A DNA stretch of 64,000 nt from an uncultured delta proteobacterium (lineage in GTDB: Bacteria > Myxococcota_A > Polyangia > Fen-1088): NCBI GenBank assembly GCA_963796685.1, contig CAWCMR010000025.1, forward strand, positions 1,376,001 to 1,440,000, written 5' to 3'. Below, piece after piece: positions 48,532 through 61,013 of this stretch. The stretch's first letter is position 1, and every line of letters starts with the position of its first letter. Below the pieces are notes generated by a model that searched no databases, was not told the origin of the DNA, and saw only the letters and a program-made list of their open reading frames with translations. The position numbers and the translations under genes were made by a program.

Positions 48532-49835
48532 GACCCCACCGTCTCCCTTTCGTGCTCGCAATCGCTTCACTGTCATTGCTGCCCGACGTAGCCAGGTCGG
48601 AGAACATGGGGGCCACGCGGATCCCGCCGCAGGTCGAGGCAGCACGGCATGGGCCAGTCGCGGATCCTGGTGCACTGGACCCGGACACGGGCGCCGACGA
48701 GCCACCTCCCCCGCCGAGGATTATCGGTTCCAAGACCCTGAACCGCGGCCCCACGGATCCCGGTGATCGCCGGATCCAAAACACGGCTGATGGGCTGAGC
48801 ACACCGGGCCTCTTGGGTAACGACCAAGGCGCCTCCCCGGTCGAAGGGCAGGACAAGGTTTCGGCCGCGCCTGCCAGTGGGCAGATCCCCGAGCTGCACG
48901 TGGTTCAAAAGGGCGACACGTTGTGGTCCTTGTGCTCGAAGTACTTCAACGACCCTTGGCGCTGGCCTCGTCTTTGGGCCGCCAATCCCGTCATCACCAA
49001 TCCCCACTGGATCTTCCCCGGCGACGTCATTCGCCTGGGCGTCGGAGGTGCTTCCGCCGTCGCTCCCACCCCCAGCGCCCCCCCAACGCCACCTCACCTG
49101 GGATTGACCTCCGTGAATCGTATCGGCTCGCTCAATGGCAACGCCGTGTTGCTGCGCGAGCTCGGTTTCATCGAGGCCAAGGATCTCGATCAGGCGGCGA
49201 CCATCACTGGCTCGCGTGAAGAGAAGATCCTGCTCTCCACGGCCGATCAGGCGTATTTGCGCTACCCCGAGAGGATGAAACTGCGTGCCGGCGATCGCTA
49301 TTCGGTGTTCACCACGGATACCGACCACCCCGTCGTCGACACCACGACGGGCAAGACCTATGGCTATCTGGTGAGGCTCCAGGGCGACATCGTGGTCAAC
49401 CAGATCGCGGAAAACGACGTCGCCCGTGGAACCCTGGTCGACACCGTGGTGCCCATCGAGCGCGGTGCGCGCGTCAGTCCCTTCGTCCATCAGTTCAAGC
49501 GCATCGAGCCGCGGCCGAGCGACGTCAATCTCGAGGCGCGGGTCATTGCCACCTTCGCCCCGAACATGCTACTAGGCGCGGGCAATTTCGTGGTGCTCAA
49601 CCGCGGCAGACGCGACGGCGTTCAGGTTGGCAACCGAACTTTCGTCATCCGGCGGGGCGACGGCTACCGTGGCAGGCTCGAAAGCTGGGAGGTCCACGAC
49701 CCGGACTCGCCCAAGGAAGTCGTCGGGGAGATCCTGGTCGTCGACGTGCGCGACGACGCTTCCGTGGCATGGATCGCTCGCAGCACCAAGGAGCTGAGGG
49801 TCGGCGAGCTCACCGAGATGCGGAGAGGCCACTAG
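48528..49835 (+). CDS. Secreted LysM-domain protein
   Basis: HVVQKGDTLW, PWRWPRLWAAN, NPHWIFPGD; upstream of dprA. Confidence 0.9.
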   Translation: MRPHRLPFVLAIASLSLLPDVARSENMGATRIPPQVEAARHGPVADPGALDPDTGADEPPPPPRIIGSKTLNRGPTDPGDRRIQNTADGLSTPGLLGNDQGASPVEGQDKVSAAPASGQIPELHVVQKGDTLWSLCSKYFNDPWRWPRLWAANPVITNPHWIFPGDVIRLGVGGASAVAPTPSAPPTPPHLGLTSVNRIGSLNGNAVLLRELGFIEAKDLDQAATITGSREEKILLSTADQAYLRYPERMKLRAGDRYSVFTTDTDHPVVDTTTGKTYGYLVRLQGDIVVNQIAENDVARGTLVDTVVPIERGARVSPFVHQFKRIEPRPSDVNLEARVIATFAPNMLLGAGNFVVLNRGRRDGVQVGNRTFVIRRGDGYRGRLESWEVHDPDSPKEVVGEILVVDVRDDASVAWIARSTKELRVGELTEMRRGH

Positions 49836-50019
49836 GACAAGACGCCCCGCGAATAGTGCGCCAGGTCACCGGAATGGCGCATGGTAGCATGTTGTAAGTC
49901 CCTTGGATTACGGGCACTTTTCCACAACTGCTTGATCTTCTTTGGGGCAGGCGCTATCAGCTTGCGACTCCATGCAGTTGGTCGGAAACCCAGAACGAGT
50001 TTTGCCGAGAAGGTCAGGG

Positions 50020-50899
50020 ATGGCCTTTCCGCATGCAAGACAGCCTGGTTCGATCCCGAAACAGGTTACCCGACAGACCGTGCCTGGAGACGCGGTGTTC
50101 CCAGCGCAACTGCAGAACATGCCGTCGCCACCCAAGTCGTTGTGGTTTGTTGGACGAGTGCCCTCGGCGGGACAAAGGCTGGTGGCCATCGTGGGCGCCC
50201 GGGCCGCTACGCGCCAAGGGTGCGATCGCACGCACGCCATCGCCGCCGAGCTCGGGCAGGACGGGGTCGCGATTGTCTCGGGCGGTGCCTTTGGTGTCGA
50301 CGCGGCCGCTCACGAAGGAGCCCTGGCCAGCGACTCGCCCACCTTTGCGGTTCTCGGCTGCGGCACGGATGTTGTCTACCCCGACCGGCACGCGGACTTG
50401 TTCACGCGCATCGCTGCCTCGGGAGGCTTGCTCTCGGAGTATCCGCCTGGGACGAAACCGCGCGCCGGCCAGTTTCCCGCCCGCAATCGCATCATCGCGG
50501 GGCTTGCTCAGGCGGTGGTGGTGGTCGAGGCGGCCATGCGTTCGGGGGCACTCATCACGGCCCGCTTGGCGCGCGGGCTCGGCCGGACCTTGTTCGCCGT
50601 TCCCGGCAGCCCGGGCACGGACGCCTATCTGCGCGCGGGCCTTGCCCTGCCCGCGACCTCCGCTGCGGACATCGAGCGCGTGCTGGCTGGCGGGCAACCT
50701 GCTCCCATGCCGGCGGTCCAGCCTACGCCCGGGCCTCTTGGCGCCGTGCTCGAAGCCATGGCATTCGGGGCGGATACGCCTGCGGCGCTGTGCGATGGCC
50801 TGGGCATGAGCCTGTCTTCCATCTTGGCGATTCTGGCCGAAGCCGAGATCGAAGGATTCGTACGGCGAGCGGCTGGCAACACTTATGAGGTCATTGGAC

Positions 50900-50910
<11 letters not shown>
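50020..50910 (+). CDS. dprA: DNA-processing protein DprA/Smf
   Basis: VAIVGAR, VSGGAFGVDAAAH, LSEYP, FPARNRIIAGL, SGALIT; start uncertain. Confidence 0.93.
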
Positions 50911-53347
<2,437 letters not shown>

Positions 53348-53353
53348 GACGAA

Positions 53354-53589
53354 TTTTCACCACAGAGGCACGGAGAGCACAGAGGGCTGACCTGAAACAC
53401 CTCGCCCCGCGTAGCGGGGAGAGGTCGCCGAGCGCAGCGAGGCGGGTGAGGGGCTGTCACGTTTCATGCCTGAAGGATCTGGGCCATCGGCCCGGCGGCG
53501 GTACCGGGAAGAAGAAAGGGCTCGGATTTAGGATCCGGAAAACCCTATACCTTCCGATCTCAGTGCCCGCTGGGTCTCTGTGGTGAAAA
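53354..53589. repeat. CACAGAG-family element with a nested second palindromic repeat (53401-53453)
   Basis: TTTTCACCACAGAG ... CTCTGTGGTGAAAA ends; internal CTCGCCCCGCGTAGCGGGGAGAGG...GGGTGAGGGG. Confidence 0.8.
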
Positions 53590-53648
53590 ACACGAGACAA
53601 GCGCCGGTTTTTGGCGCTTCTCCATCGCCAAGACTAGGATCAGCGGAG

Positions 53649-54602
53649 ATGGAGCCTCTCGCCCTTCTTTTTCGCCAGCACCTCGAAAGCGAGAAGCGCG
53701 CGTCGCCCAACACCGTGCGCGCCTACCTGGCCGACCTTGAAGAGTTGATGGCGCACGTTCATGACGGGCGCAGAGACGGGCCGGACGCTGCCCCGCTGGT
53801 GGCCAAGGATCTGGACACGTTGGCCTGCCGATCGTTCCTGGCCAGCCTGCACGGCAAGAACGATCCGGCCAGCGTGGGGCGCAAGCTCTCGTCGCTCAAG
53901 ACCTTCTTTCGTCTGCTGGTGCGGCGCAAGCTCCTCCCCGCGAGCCCGCTCGCCTCCTTGCGCGGTCCCAGGCGTGCCCATCATCTGCCCGCCTTCCTTG
54001 GCAAGGACGAGGCGGCGCGCTTGCTCGACGGCCGGAAGGCACCCCCCCACTCCACCTTCGAGGCCGCGCGCGACCAGGCCCTGTTCGAGGTGCTCTACGG
54101 CAGCGGCTTGCGTATCTCCGAGGCCTGCCACCTGGATTTGGGCGACGTGGTTTCCGACGGCGCTGGCGCGAAAATCACCGTGCGGGAGGGCAAGGGCGGC
54201 AAGGATCGCATCGTGCCCGCGGGCGGCAAGGCGCGGCAGGCCCTGGCGGACTACCTTCCCCTGCGCGCAAGCCTGCTCGGGCTGCTGGCGGGGCAGAGCA
54301 GGCCCGTCGATGCGCAGGCGCTGTTTCTCTCGCGCCGGGGCTTGCGCATGGGCGACCGCGAGGCCCGGCGCAAGCTCGACCGGCGCGAGCTCGAAAACGA
54401 GGTAAAACGCGTTTCCCCCCATGCCCTACGCCACAGCTTCGCGACCCACCTGCTCGGCGAGGGGGCGGATCTGCGCTCGATCCAGGAAATGCTCGGCCAT
54501 GCAAGCCTGCGCACCACGCAGCGCTATGCCCAGGTCGATATCGATCACTTGATGCGGGTTTATGACAAGGCTCACCCTCGCGCGACGCTGCGAACGCGGT
54601 AA
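53649..54602 (+). CDS. xerC: Tyrosine recombinase XerC
   Basis: LYGSGLRISE, GKGGKDR, HALRHSFATH, LGH, TTQRY; conserved topA-xerC-hslVU order. Confidence 0.92.
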   Translation: MEPLALLFRQHLESEKRASPNTVRAYLADLEELMAHVHDGRRDGPDAAPLVAKDLDTLACRSFLASLHGKNDPASVGRKLSSLKTFFRLLVRRKLLPASPLASLRGPRRAHHLPAFLGKDEAARLLDGRKAPPHSTFEAARDQALFEVLYGSGLRISEACHLDLGDVVSDGAGAKITVREGKGGKDRIVPAGGKARQALADYLPLRASLLGLLAGQSRPVDAQALFLSRRGLRMGDREARRKLDRRELENEVKRVSPHALRHSFATHLLGEGADLRSIQEMLGHASLRTTQRYAQVDIDHLMRVYDKAHPRATLRTR

Positions 54603-54611
54603 GCTGCGTCC

Positions 54612-55151
54612 ATGTCATCTTCGAGAACCCGATCCACCACCGTCCTGGTCGTGCGCGCCGGCGGCAAGGTCGTCATGGCCGGCGATGGCCAGGTCACCAT
54701 GGGCCAGACGGTCGTTAAATCCACCGCGCGCAAGCTGCGCCGCCTGGGCGAGGGCAAGATCGTCGCGGGCTTCGCCGGTTCGGCGGCCGACGGGCTGACC
54801 CTGTTCGAGAAGTTCGAGGGCAAGCTCAAGGAAGCGAGCGGCAACCTCATGCGCGCGGCGGTCGAGCTGGCCAAGGACTGGCGAACCGATCGCGTCTTGC
54901 GTCGGCTGGAGGCGCTGTTGCTGGTGGCCGATCACGAGCACATCCTCATGCTGTCGGGAACCGGGGACATCATCGAGCCCGATACCGACGTGGCGGCCAT
55001 CGGCTCGGGCGGCAACTTTGCCCTGGCCGCGGCGCGGGCGCTGTTGGCGGAAACCAAGTTGTCGGCGCGCGAAATCGCCGAGCGCAGCTTGCGCATCGCC
55101 GCCGACATCTGCGTGTACACCAATACCAACTTCGTCTTCGAGGAGCTGTAA
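54612..55151 (+). CDS. hslV: ATP-dependent protease peptidase subunit HslV
   Basis: STT, GDGQVT, GFAGS, WRTDR, IGSGG, CVYTN. Confidence 0.96.
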   Translation: MSSSRTRSTTVLVVRAGGKVVMAGDGQVTMGQTVVKSTARKLRRLGEGKIVAGFAGSAADGLTLFEKFEGKLKEASGNLMRAAVELAKDWRTDRVLRRLEALLLVADHEHILMLSGTGDIIEPDTDVAAIGSGGNFALAAARALLAETKLSAREIAERSLRIAADICVYTNTNFVFEEL

Positions 55152-55155
55152 GACC

Positions 55156-56561
55156 ATGCCTGGTGCTTCGTCATGGAACCCCAAGCGCGCGCTGGCGCTC
55201 ACCCCTCGCGCCATCGTCGAGGAGCTGGATCGCTACATCGTGGGCCAGCGCGCGGCCAAGCGCGCCGTGGCGGTGGCCTTGCGCAATCGCTGGCGCCGGC
55301 AGCAGGTACCGGGCACCATGCGCGACGAGATCTCGCCCAAGAACATCATGCTCATCGGCCCCACCGGCGTGGGCAAGACCGAGATCGCGCGGCGCTTGGC
55401 CAAGCTGGCCCACGCGCCCTTCATCAAGGTCGAGGCCTCCAAGTTCACCGAGGTTGGCTACGTGGGGCGCGACGTGGATTCCATGGTGCGCGATCTGGCC
55501 GAGACCGCCGTGTCCATGCTGCGCGAGGAAGAGCGTGAACGCGCCAAGCCGCGCGCGCGCGAAAACGCCGAGGAGCGGCTTCTCGACGTTCTCCTGCCGC
55601 CCGCGCGCGCGCCGCGAACCGCGTCGGGCGCCATACCCCTGCCTGGCGCCGTCGCCTCGGCCGAGGCGGTGCCGCCCGTCGAGTCCACCACGCGCGAGAA
55701 CCTGCGCCGCCTGCTGCGCGACGGTAAGCTCGACGACAAGATGGTCGAGATCGACACCAGCGACGGGGGACAGTCCTTCGTCGATGTCTTTTCGGGCACC
55801 GGCATGGAAGAGATGGTGCTCAACTTGCAGAACATGTTTCCGCAAAACAAGCGCACCAAGCACCGCCGTCTCAGCGTGCCCGAGGCCCTGGATGCGCTCA
55901 CCGACGAGGAAGTCGGCAAGCTCATCGACATGGATCGGGTGACCAAGGAGGCGATTCATCGGGCCGAGCAAGATGGCATCATCTTCATCGACGAGCTGGA
56001 CAAGGTGGCCGGGCGCGAGTCCGGCGGTCACGGCCCCGACGTTTCGCGCGAGGGCGTGCAGCGCGATTCTTTTGCCCATCGTCGAGGGCTCGACGGTTTC
56101 GACCAAGTACGGCCCGCTCAAGACCGACCATGTGCTCTTCATCGCCGCAGGCGCTTTCCACGTGGCCAAGCCCAAGGATCTCATCCCCGAGCTGCAAGGA
56201 CGCTTCCCCATTCGCGTCGAGCTGGAATCGCTGACCGATGCCGACTTCGTGCGCATCCTGACCGAGCCGGAGAACGCGCTCGTCAAGCAATACACGGCCT
56301 TGCTGGCGACGGAGAAAGTCCATCTCGATTTCCAGCCCGATGCCGTGGCCGAGCTCGCGCGCTTCGCCGCCGATGTCAACGCGCGCATGGAGAACATCGG
56401 CGCGCGCAGGTTGCACACCATCATGGAAAGGCTGCTCGACGAGCTTCTCCTTCGAGGCCCCCGAGCTCGGCGAGCAGACCGTGCCCATCACGGCGACCTA
56501 CGTGCGTGATCGCCTGCAAGACCTGCTCAAGGACGAAGATCTGTCGCAGTACGTCTTGTAG
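55156..56561 (+). CDS. hslU: ATP-dependent protease ATPase subunit HslU; two apparent +1 frameshifts (about 56067 and 56446)
   Basis: [46 protein letters not shown] across three frames. Confidence 0.94.
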
Positions 56562-56569
56562 CCCGATCG

Positions 56570-56998
56570 CTACAGCGGGTTGCGCACCCTGAGGCCCTTG
56601 AAGCGCGAGAAGTCGCGATCCGCGCTCCACAGCTCCCTGACCCGATGGTCGAGGCAAAGCGCGGCGATCCGCGCATCATGAACCACCGGCCCGGCGATTC
56701 GTCCGGTCTGGCACAGCTTCTTCAGAGTCGATAAGTGTGCCGGCCCCTCGCCGAGCAGGTGCAGGCTTGGCGAAGCCGCCACCGCGTCGATGAAAGCGAA
56801 GGCCTGTTCCTGGGTGCTGGGGGGACGATAAAGCCTCGAGTGGGTGACCACGGCCAGAAACTCGTGAACGACCGGCCAGGGAATCGCCCACGGCGCCGTG
56901 CCTTCCGCCAACCCGGTCAGCGTTGCGAGAGCCGCCGCGTGGAAAGGGGCGTCCTCGCGGTGAGCGTAGACCAAGATCTGCGTATCGAGGGCAATCAT
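56570..56998 (-). CDS. vapC: VapC-like PIN-domain toxin
   Basis: [31 protein letters not shown]. Confidence 0.9.
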   Translation of the reverse strand: MIALDTQILVYAHREDAPFHAAALATLTGLAEGTAPWAIPWPVVHEFLAVVTHSRLYRPPSTQEQAFAFIDAVAASPSLHLLGEGPAHLSTLKKLCQTGRIAGPVVHDARIAALCLDHRVRELWSADRDFSRFKGLRVRNPL

Positions 56999-57240
56999 GC
57001 GCCTCGGCCTCGATAGATCGCTTGACCGATGGTCGCCCACCCCCCGTCCTGAGCTTCGACGGCGAGCCCCTTTCCCTTCACGGTCACGGGCCGGAAGCGA
57101 AAGGGGGCCTGCCGCTCGTGGCGCTCCAAGCTGGCGTGCAGGCCTTCCTCGACCAGGGTGCGCAGGGTCAGTCCCCGCTCTCGGGCAAGCTTCTTGCTGC
57201 GCAGAAACAAGCTGTCAGCAATATCTATGGTTGTCTTCAT
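56995..57240 (-). CDS. vapB: VapB-like ribbon-helix-helix antitoxin
   Basis: MKTTIDIAD, TLRTLVEEGL; ATGA overlap with the toxin. Confidence 0.88.
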   Translation of the reverse strand: MKTTIDIADSLFLRSKKLARERGLTLRTLVEEGLHASLERHERQAPFRFRPVTVKGKGLAVEAQDGGWATIGQAIYRGRGA

Positions 57241-57272
57241 ATGGGTTAGAATACAACCGGCGAGTCCGGTTG

Positions 57273-58436
57273 TCATGGTGCGCTCCGACCGCTGTCTTCT
57301 TCACCCACGGCGGCCAGCACCAGACGTGGGTCGATGCGCCGGCGAAAGCGCACGACGCGCGCGTCGGGCGGCAGGACATCCTCGCCACGGGTCTCGTCCA
57401 CGCACAGGACGAGGTTGTCGAGGCCCGCCTCGCGCAGGAGCGCGAGCTTGCGCGCAAGGTAGTCCGCCGACCAGAACCCGAGGATCTCGACGAAGAACCG
57501 GCGCTCGGGACGAAGCCGGTGGTAGAGCAAGAAATCGGGAAAGATGAGGGTGCGTCCCGCGGGCACCGGTTCGGGCTCGCGCACGAGATCCCAGTCGGGC
57601 GCAGCCCGCTTGAGATCGCGGGCGAAACGCTCTTCGAGCTTGCTGTCGTAGGCCTTGGGCTCCTCGGCCGGGAAGATGGGATCCCCGGATTGCACATCGA
57701 GGATGGCCTCCTGCCCGCGCAACACGCACTCGGCGCGCAGCTTGAAATGGGCGCAATGGGGAAGAAACTGAACGACTTCACCGAGCGCGCGGCCGTAGAG
57801 CAAGGTGTGGCGAAAGACCGTGAAGGGTCCCGACAGGTCGAGCACGGGCGGGGTGCCGTCGGTGACGGTGCAGATGAGACCGCGCAGCTTGGCCTGGCGG
57901 ACGAGAGGGCGGGCCGCGCCCTCGGCCTTGATGCGGACGCGCCGGGCATGGAAGAGCAGGCTGCGCACGATGAGTTGGTTCGTGCGCAGGGCGAGGTCGC
58001 CGAGCGAAGGAACCACGGTCGGGGCACACACCAGCTTCTCGCCGGGGAGATCGGCGAACAGGGTCCGCTCCAGCTCGGCGGGCTCCACGGCAAGCTCCTG
58101 CGCGGCGGCTTGCAAGGCAACGGCTCGATCGCTTCCGGCCTGCGCCGCTGCCATACGGAACAAGGTTTCGCGCGCCCTGTCCGGCGGCACCTTGGCGCAA
58201 AGCTCGCCCTTCCACAAGCGCAGCACCACGGCCACGGCGGCACGCAGCTTGAAAGGCGGCGTAGCGCAGGGCAAAGGCTGGCGCAGACGATCGCGCAGCT
58301 CGCGCACCGGCAGGGAGCAAAAGCGATCGACTTCTTCCACCAAGATGCGCAGCCATGGCAAATCCCGCGCGTCGAGGAATCCGGGCAGGACTTGACCGTC
58401 CACGATGCGAAACGGAATGGCGGGCTCAGGCAGCAA
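57273..58436 (-). CDS. DUF790 family (Bax1-like) PD-(D/E)xK nuclease
   Basis: LFADL, LSGP, YGRAL, DSKLEERF, REPEP, IFPDF, VEILGFWSADYLARK; TTG start with GAAGGAG RBS overlapping the helicase stop. Confidence 0.85.
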   Translation of the reverse strand: MLPEPAIPFRIVDGQVLPGFLDARDLPWLRILVEEVDRFCSLPVRELRDRLRQPLPCATPPFKLRAAVAVVLRLWKGELCAKVPPDRARETLFRMAAAQAGSDRAVALQAAAQELAVEPAELERTLFADLPGEKLVCAPTVVPSLGDLALRTNQLIVRSLLFHARRVRIKAEGAARPLVRQAKLRGLICTVTDGTPPVLDLSGPFTVFRHTLLYGRALGEVVQFLPHCAHFKLRAECVLRGQEAILDVQSGDPIFPAEEPKAYDSKLEERFARDLKRAAPDWDLVREPEPVPAGRTLIFPDFLLYHRLRPERRFFVEILGFWSADYLARKLALLREAGLDNLVLCVDETRGEDVLPPDARVVRFRRRIDPRLVLAAVGEEDSGRSAP

Positions 58437-59802
58437 GGGCGCTCCTTCGTCTACGCGCCTGTTCGACCTCGGTCGTGCGCCGGACGACCAGCTCGTAGAC
58501 CAGGGCATGTTTGCCGGGTCGTGGCCGTAGCACGCGACCCACGCGCTGTACGTGCTCGCGCTCGCCTTTGTGGCCGGCCACGATGATGCCGACCTCGGCA
58601 TCGGGCACGTCGAGCCCCTCGTTGAGCACCTGGGCCGAAACCAGGGCGCGCAGCTTGCCATCCCTGAACAGGTCGAGCGCGCGCTCGCGCTCCTTGCGTT
58701 TGATATCGCAGGTGAACGGCATGACGAGGTGCTCGCGGCTGATGGCGTAGGCGGTGGGATTGTCGGCCACGAACACGATGGTGCGGGCGGTGCGATGGCG
58801 CGCCAGCAGGACGGCCAGCATGGCGCGTTTGGCCTGCGGGAAGGCGGTGATCCTACGCGCGCGGTGCCAAGCCGCGATGGCCCGGCGCCCCTCGTCGGTC
58901 CGAGCCGCGGTCTTGGCGAATTCATCCCACGTGGCGCCGGGGTGGAAGCGCCGGAACCTGTGCATGACATCGCGAAAGACCGCCATCAGGGATTCGTACT
59001 GGTCGCGCTCCCGCGCGGTGAGGTCCAGGTGCAGCACCACGGTGTCGAAGGGCGCGAGAAACTCGCCCGTGAGATCGTCGACGTGGAGCTCGTACGTGGT
59101 GGGGCCGACCAGCTCGTCGAGCCGCGCCGCTGCCTGGCCGCGTGGCTTGGTGGCGGTAAGGCCGAGGCGCAGCGGCGCCGTGCACATGTCCAGGGCCTCG
59201 TCGCGCGCGCCAGCGCCGAAGTGGTGGGCCTCGTCGACCACGAGCAGGCCGAAGCGATTGCCCAAGCGGTGCATGTGGCGCCAGGCGCTCTCGAACGTCG
59301 CCACGGTCACGTAGTCGACGCGATACTCGCCGTCGCCCAGCCGCCCGGGCTCGAAGCCGAGAAGCTCGCGCATGGCACGTGCCCACTGGTCGAGCAAGAC
59401 ACGCGTGGGCACGAGGCACAGCGCGGAAACCTGCACGCGCGCCATGGCGGCGATGGCCAAGCGGGTCTTGCCCGAGCCGGTCGGCAGGACTGCGGTGCCT
59501 CGATGACCGGCCAGCTCCCATGCCGCGAGAGCAGCTTCCTGATAGGGCCGCAGCTCGACAGCGGCCGGGCCCTGCCATGGTGTGGCCGGCAGGCAGACCA
59601 CCTCGTCCGTGAACCGGACGCCACGCTGGCGAAGCTCGGCCACCAGCGCTTGATGAAATCGCGCCGGGCACCGCAAGGCCGAGATGCGCGGATCCCACAG
59701 CGCGCCCGGCAAATTGGCAAGATCGCCCGGGCTCGCCGCCAGCGGGGTCGGGCCCTCCGGGCCCAGAAGAACGATGGTTCCGCGATCGAATACGAGACGC
59801 AT
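58426..59802 (-). CDS. XPB/Rad25-like superfamily 2 helicase
   Basis: LRPYQ, LPTGSGKT, DEAHH, LGLTAT, VLNEGLDVPDA, QRVGRVLR. Confidence 0.9.
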   Translation of the reverse strand: MRLVFDRGTIVLLGPEGPTPLAASPGDLANLPGALWDPRISALRCPARFHQALVAELRQRGVRFTDEVVCLPATPWQGPAAVELRPYQEAALAAWELAGHRGTAVLPTGSGKTRLAIAAMARVQVSALCLVPTRVLLDQWARAMRELLGFEPGRLGDGEYRVDYVTVATFESAWRHMHRLGNRFGLLVVDEAHHFGAGARDEALDMCTAPLRLGLTATKPRGQAAARLDELVGPTTYELHVDDLTGEFLAPFDTVVLHLDLTARERDQYESLMAVFRDVMHRFRRFHPGATWDEFAKTAARTDEGRRAIAAWHRARRITAFPQAKRAMLAVLLARHRTARTIVFVADNPTAYAISREHLVMPFTCDIKRKERERALDLFRDGKLRALVSAQVLNEGLDVPDAEVGIIVAGHKGEREHVQRVGRVLRPRPGKHALVYELVVRRTTEVEQARRRRSALAA

Positions 59803-59814
59803 GCCTCCTGCATT

Positions 59815-59830
59815 TGCAGACGACGTGCCA
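59815..59830 (-). promoter_or_regulatory. Putative sigma54 (-24/-12) promoter
   Basis: Minus strand TGGCACGTCGTCTGCA, GG-N10-GC spacing, just upstream of the helicase start. Confidence 0.5.
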
Positions 59831-59944
59831 CGCGTCGAGAAGCGCCGCGGGCTCGCCCAAATGGAAAGGACCCTCGGAGGGGCTGCCTCAGAGGGTCCTG
59901 ATTCGGCTATTCCGCGTCAAGCGGGCCGGGCTCGCTGCGACTTG

Positions 59945-60940
59945 CTATTTCTTGGGCGCAGGCCCGCGGCGCGGTGCCGTGGAGGATGGTCTCGGTTGCA
60001 CGGGTTGCGGCCCCGGCTTGCCGGCCGAGGGCGCGGCACCTGGCGCGCCGGGCGCAGGTCCGCGGTGTGGCTGGCCGGCACCTTGCGTGGGTTGTGGCTG
60101 GTTCATCTGCCCACTGCGCGGCGGGAATGCGCCACCCGACGGCGTCGAGCCGGGGGTAGGTTGCGGTCCGAACCCGGGCCGTCCGGGTTGCGGTCCGAAC
60201 CCGGGCCGTCCCGGCTGGGGAGCCGGTCCCGGCCCGCCCATCTGCCCGGGATGGTTCATGGGCTGCTGTGGCGGCATGGCTCCCGGATGTCCAGGACCCA
60301 TCATCGGGCCGGGGCGACCCATGGGCTGCGGTGCCGGGGCACCAGGGCGTCCCGGCGCCATTGGCCCCGGACGACCCGCGGGTTGCGGCGGCGGGGCAAA
60401 GCCATGACGGGGTTCGGGTGCGGGCACCGCGCGTCCGAAGCCGCCGTGTTGGGGCGGGGGCGCGGGACGGCGCCAATCCTCGCGCGGCGTCCGGTGCTCG
60501 TACGGCCGCACGTACTCGCGGTGTCCATAAGGATCGTTCCAATAGCCGCGCCGGTACTCCCAACGTCCGTTCACGATGACGTAGGTCGGTTCGATGTAGA
60601 CGTGTCCGGGCGGGGCGTACTCCCAATAGCCGGGCACCCAGTCCCACTGGTACCCGCCCCAGTTCCAGTAGCCCCGAACCCAGTAGTAGTTCGGACCTGG
60701 CGCCATCGGGATGTACTCCTGCTGGGGCGGCGGCGGGGCCCCGGGGACGAAGACCGTCGGTTGCTCGTCCACGACAACCGACGGCTCGGGCGGCGGTGGT
60801 GACGCGGGCTGGTAATAGACGGGCTGGGGTTCGGGCGGCGGCGGTCCGACGGGGACCGCGGTACGAACCATGCAGCCTGCCAGGGCCAGGGCCAAACCAG
60901 ATAGCGCAAGGGAAGGAAGCCAAGGTGCGGATCGGGTCAT
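59945..60940 (-). CDS. YXWGXW-repeat lipoprotein with Pro/Gly-rich tail
   Basis: Lipobox LAGC; YYWVRGYW, WDWVPGYW, EYRRGYW; GGAG RBS. Confidence 0.85.
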   Translation of the reverse strand: MTRSAPWLPSLALSGLALALAGCMVRTAVPVGPPPPEPQPVYYQPASPPPPEPSVVVDEQPTVFVPGAPPPPQQEYIPMAPGPNYYWVRGYWNWGGYQWDWVPGYWEYAPPGHVYIEPTYVIVNGRWEYRRGYWNDPYGHREYVRPYEHRTPREDWRRPAPPPQHGGFGRAVPAPEPRHGFAPPPQPAGRPGPMAPGRPGAPAPQPMGRPGPMMGPGHPGAMPPQQPMNHPGQMGGPGPAPQPGRPGFGPQPGRPGFGPQPTPGSTPSGGAFPPRSGQMNQPQPTQGAGQPHRGPAPGAPGAAPSAGKPGPQPVQPRPSSTAPRRGPAPKK

Positions 60941-61013
60941 GTTTACCTCTCCGGAGATTGGACGTACCAGGCTAGACCCGTATTCGCCCAATCGCAATCG
61001 TTGAAGGGATCCG

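Noticed and set aside
49918-49937. DnaA-box-like TTTTCCACA and IHF-like CAACTGCTTGAT upstream of dprA as a replication origin
   Set aside because: Single imperfect sites, no box cluster, no AT-rich unwinding element and no dnaA nearby
53649-54602. Tyrosine recombinase as a prophage or island integrase
   Set aside because: Sits in the conserved dprA-topA-xerC-hslVU order; no att sites or phage genes
60160-60215. Direct repeat GGTTGCGGTCCGAACCCGGGCCGTCC
   Set aside because: In-frame coding repeat (GRPGFGPQP) in a low-complexity protein tail
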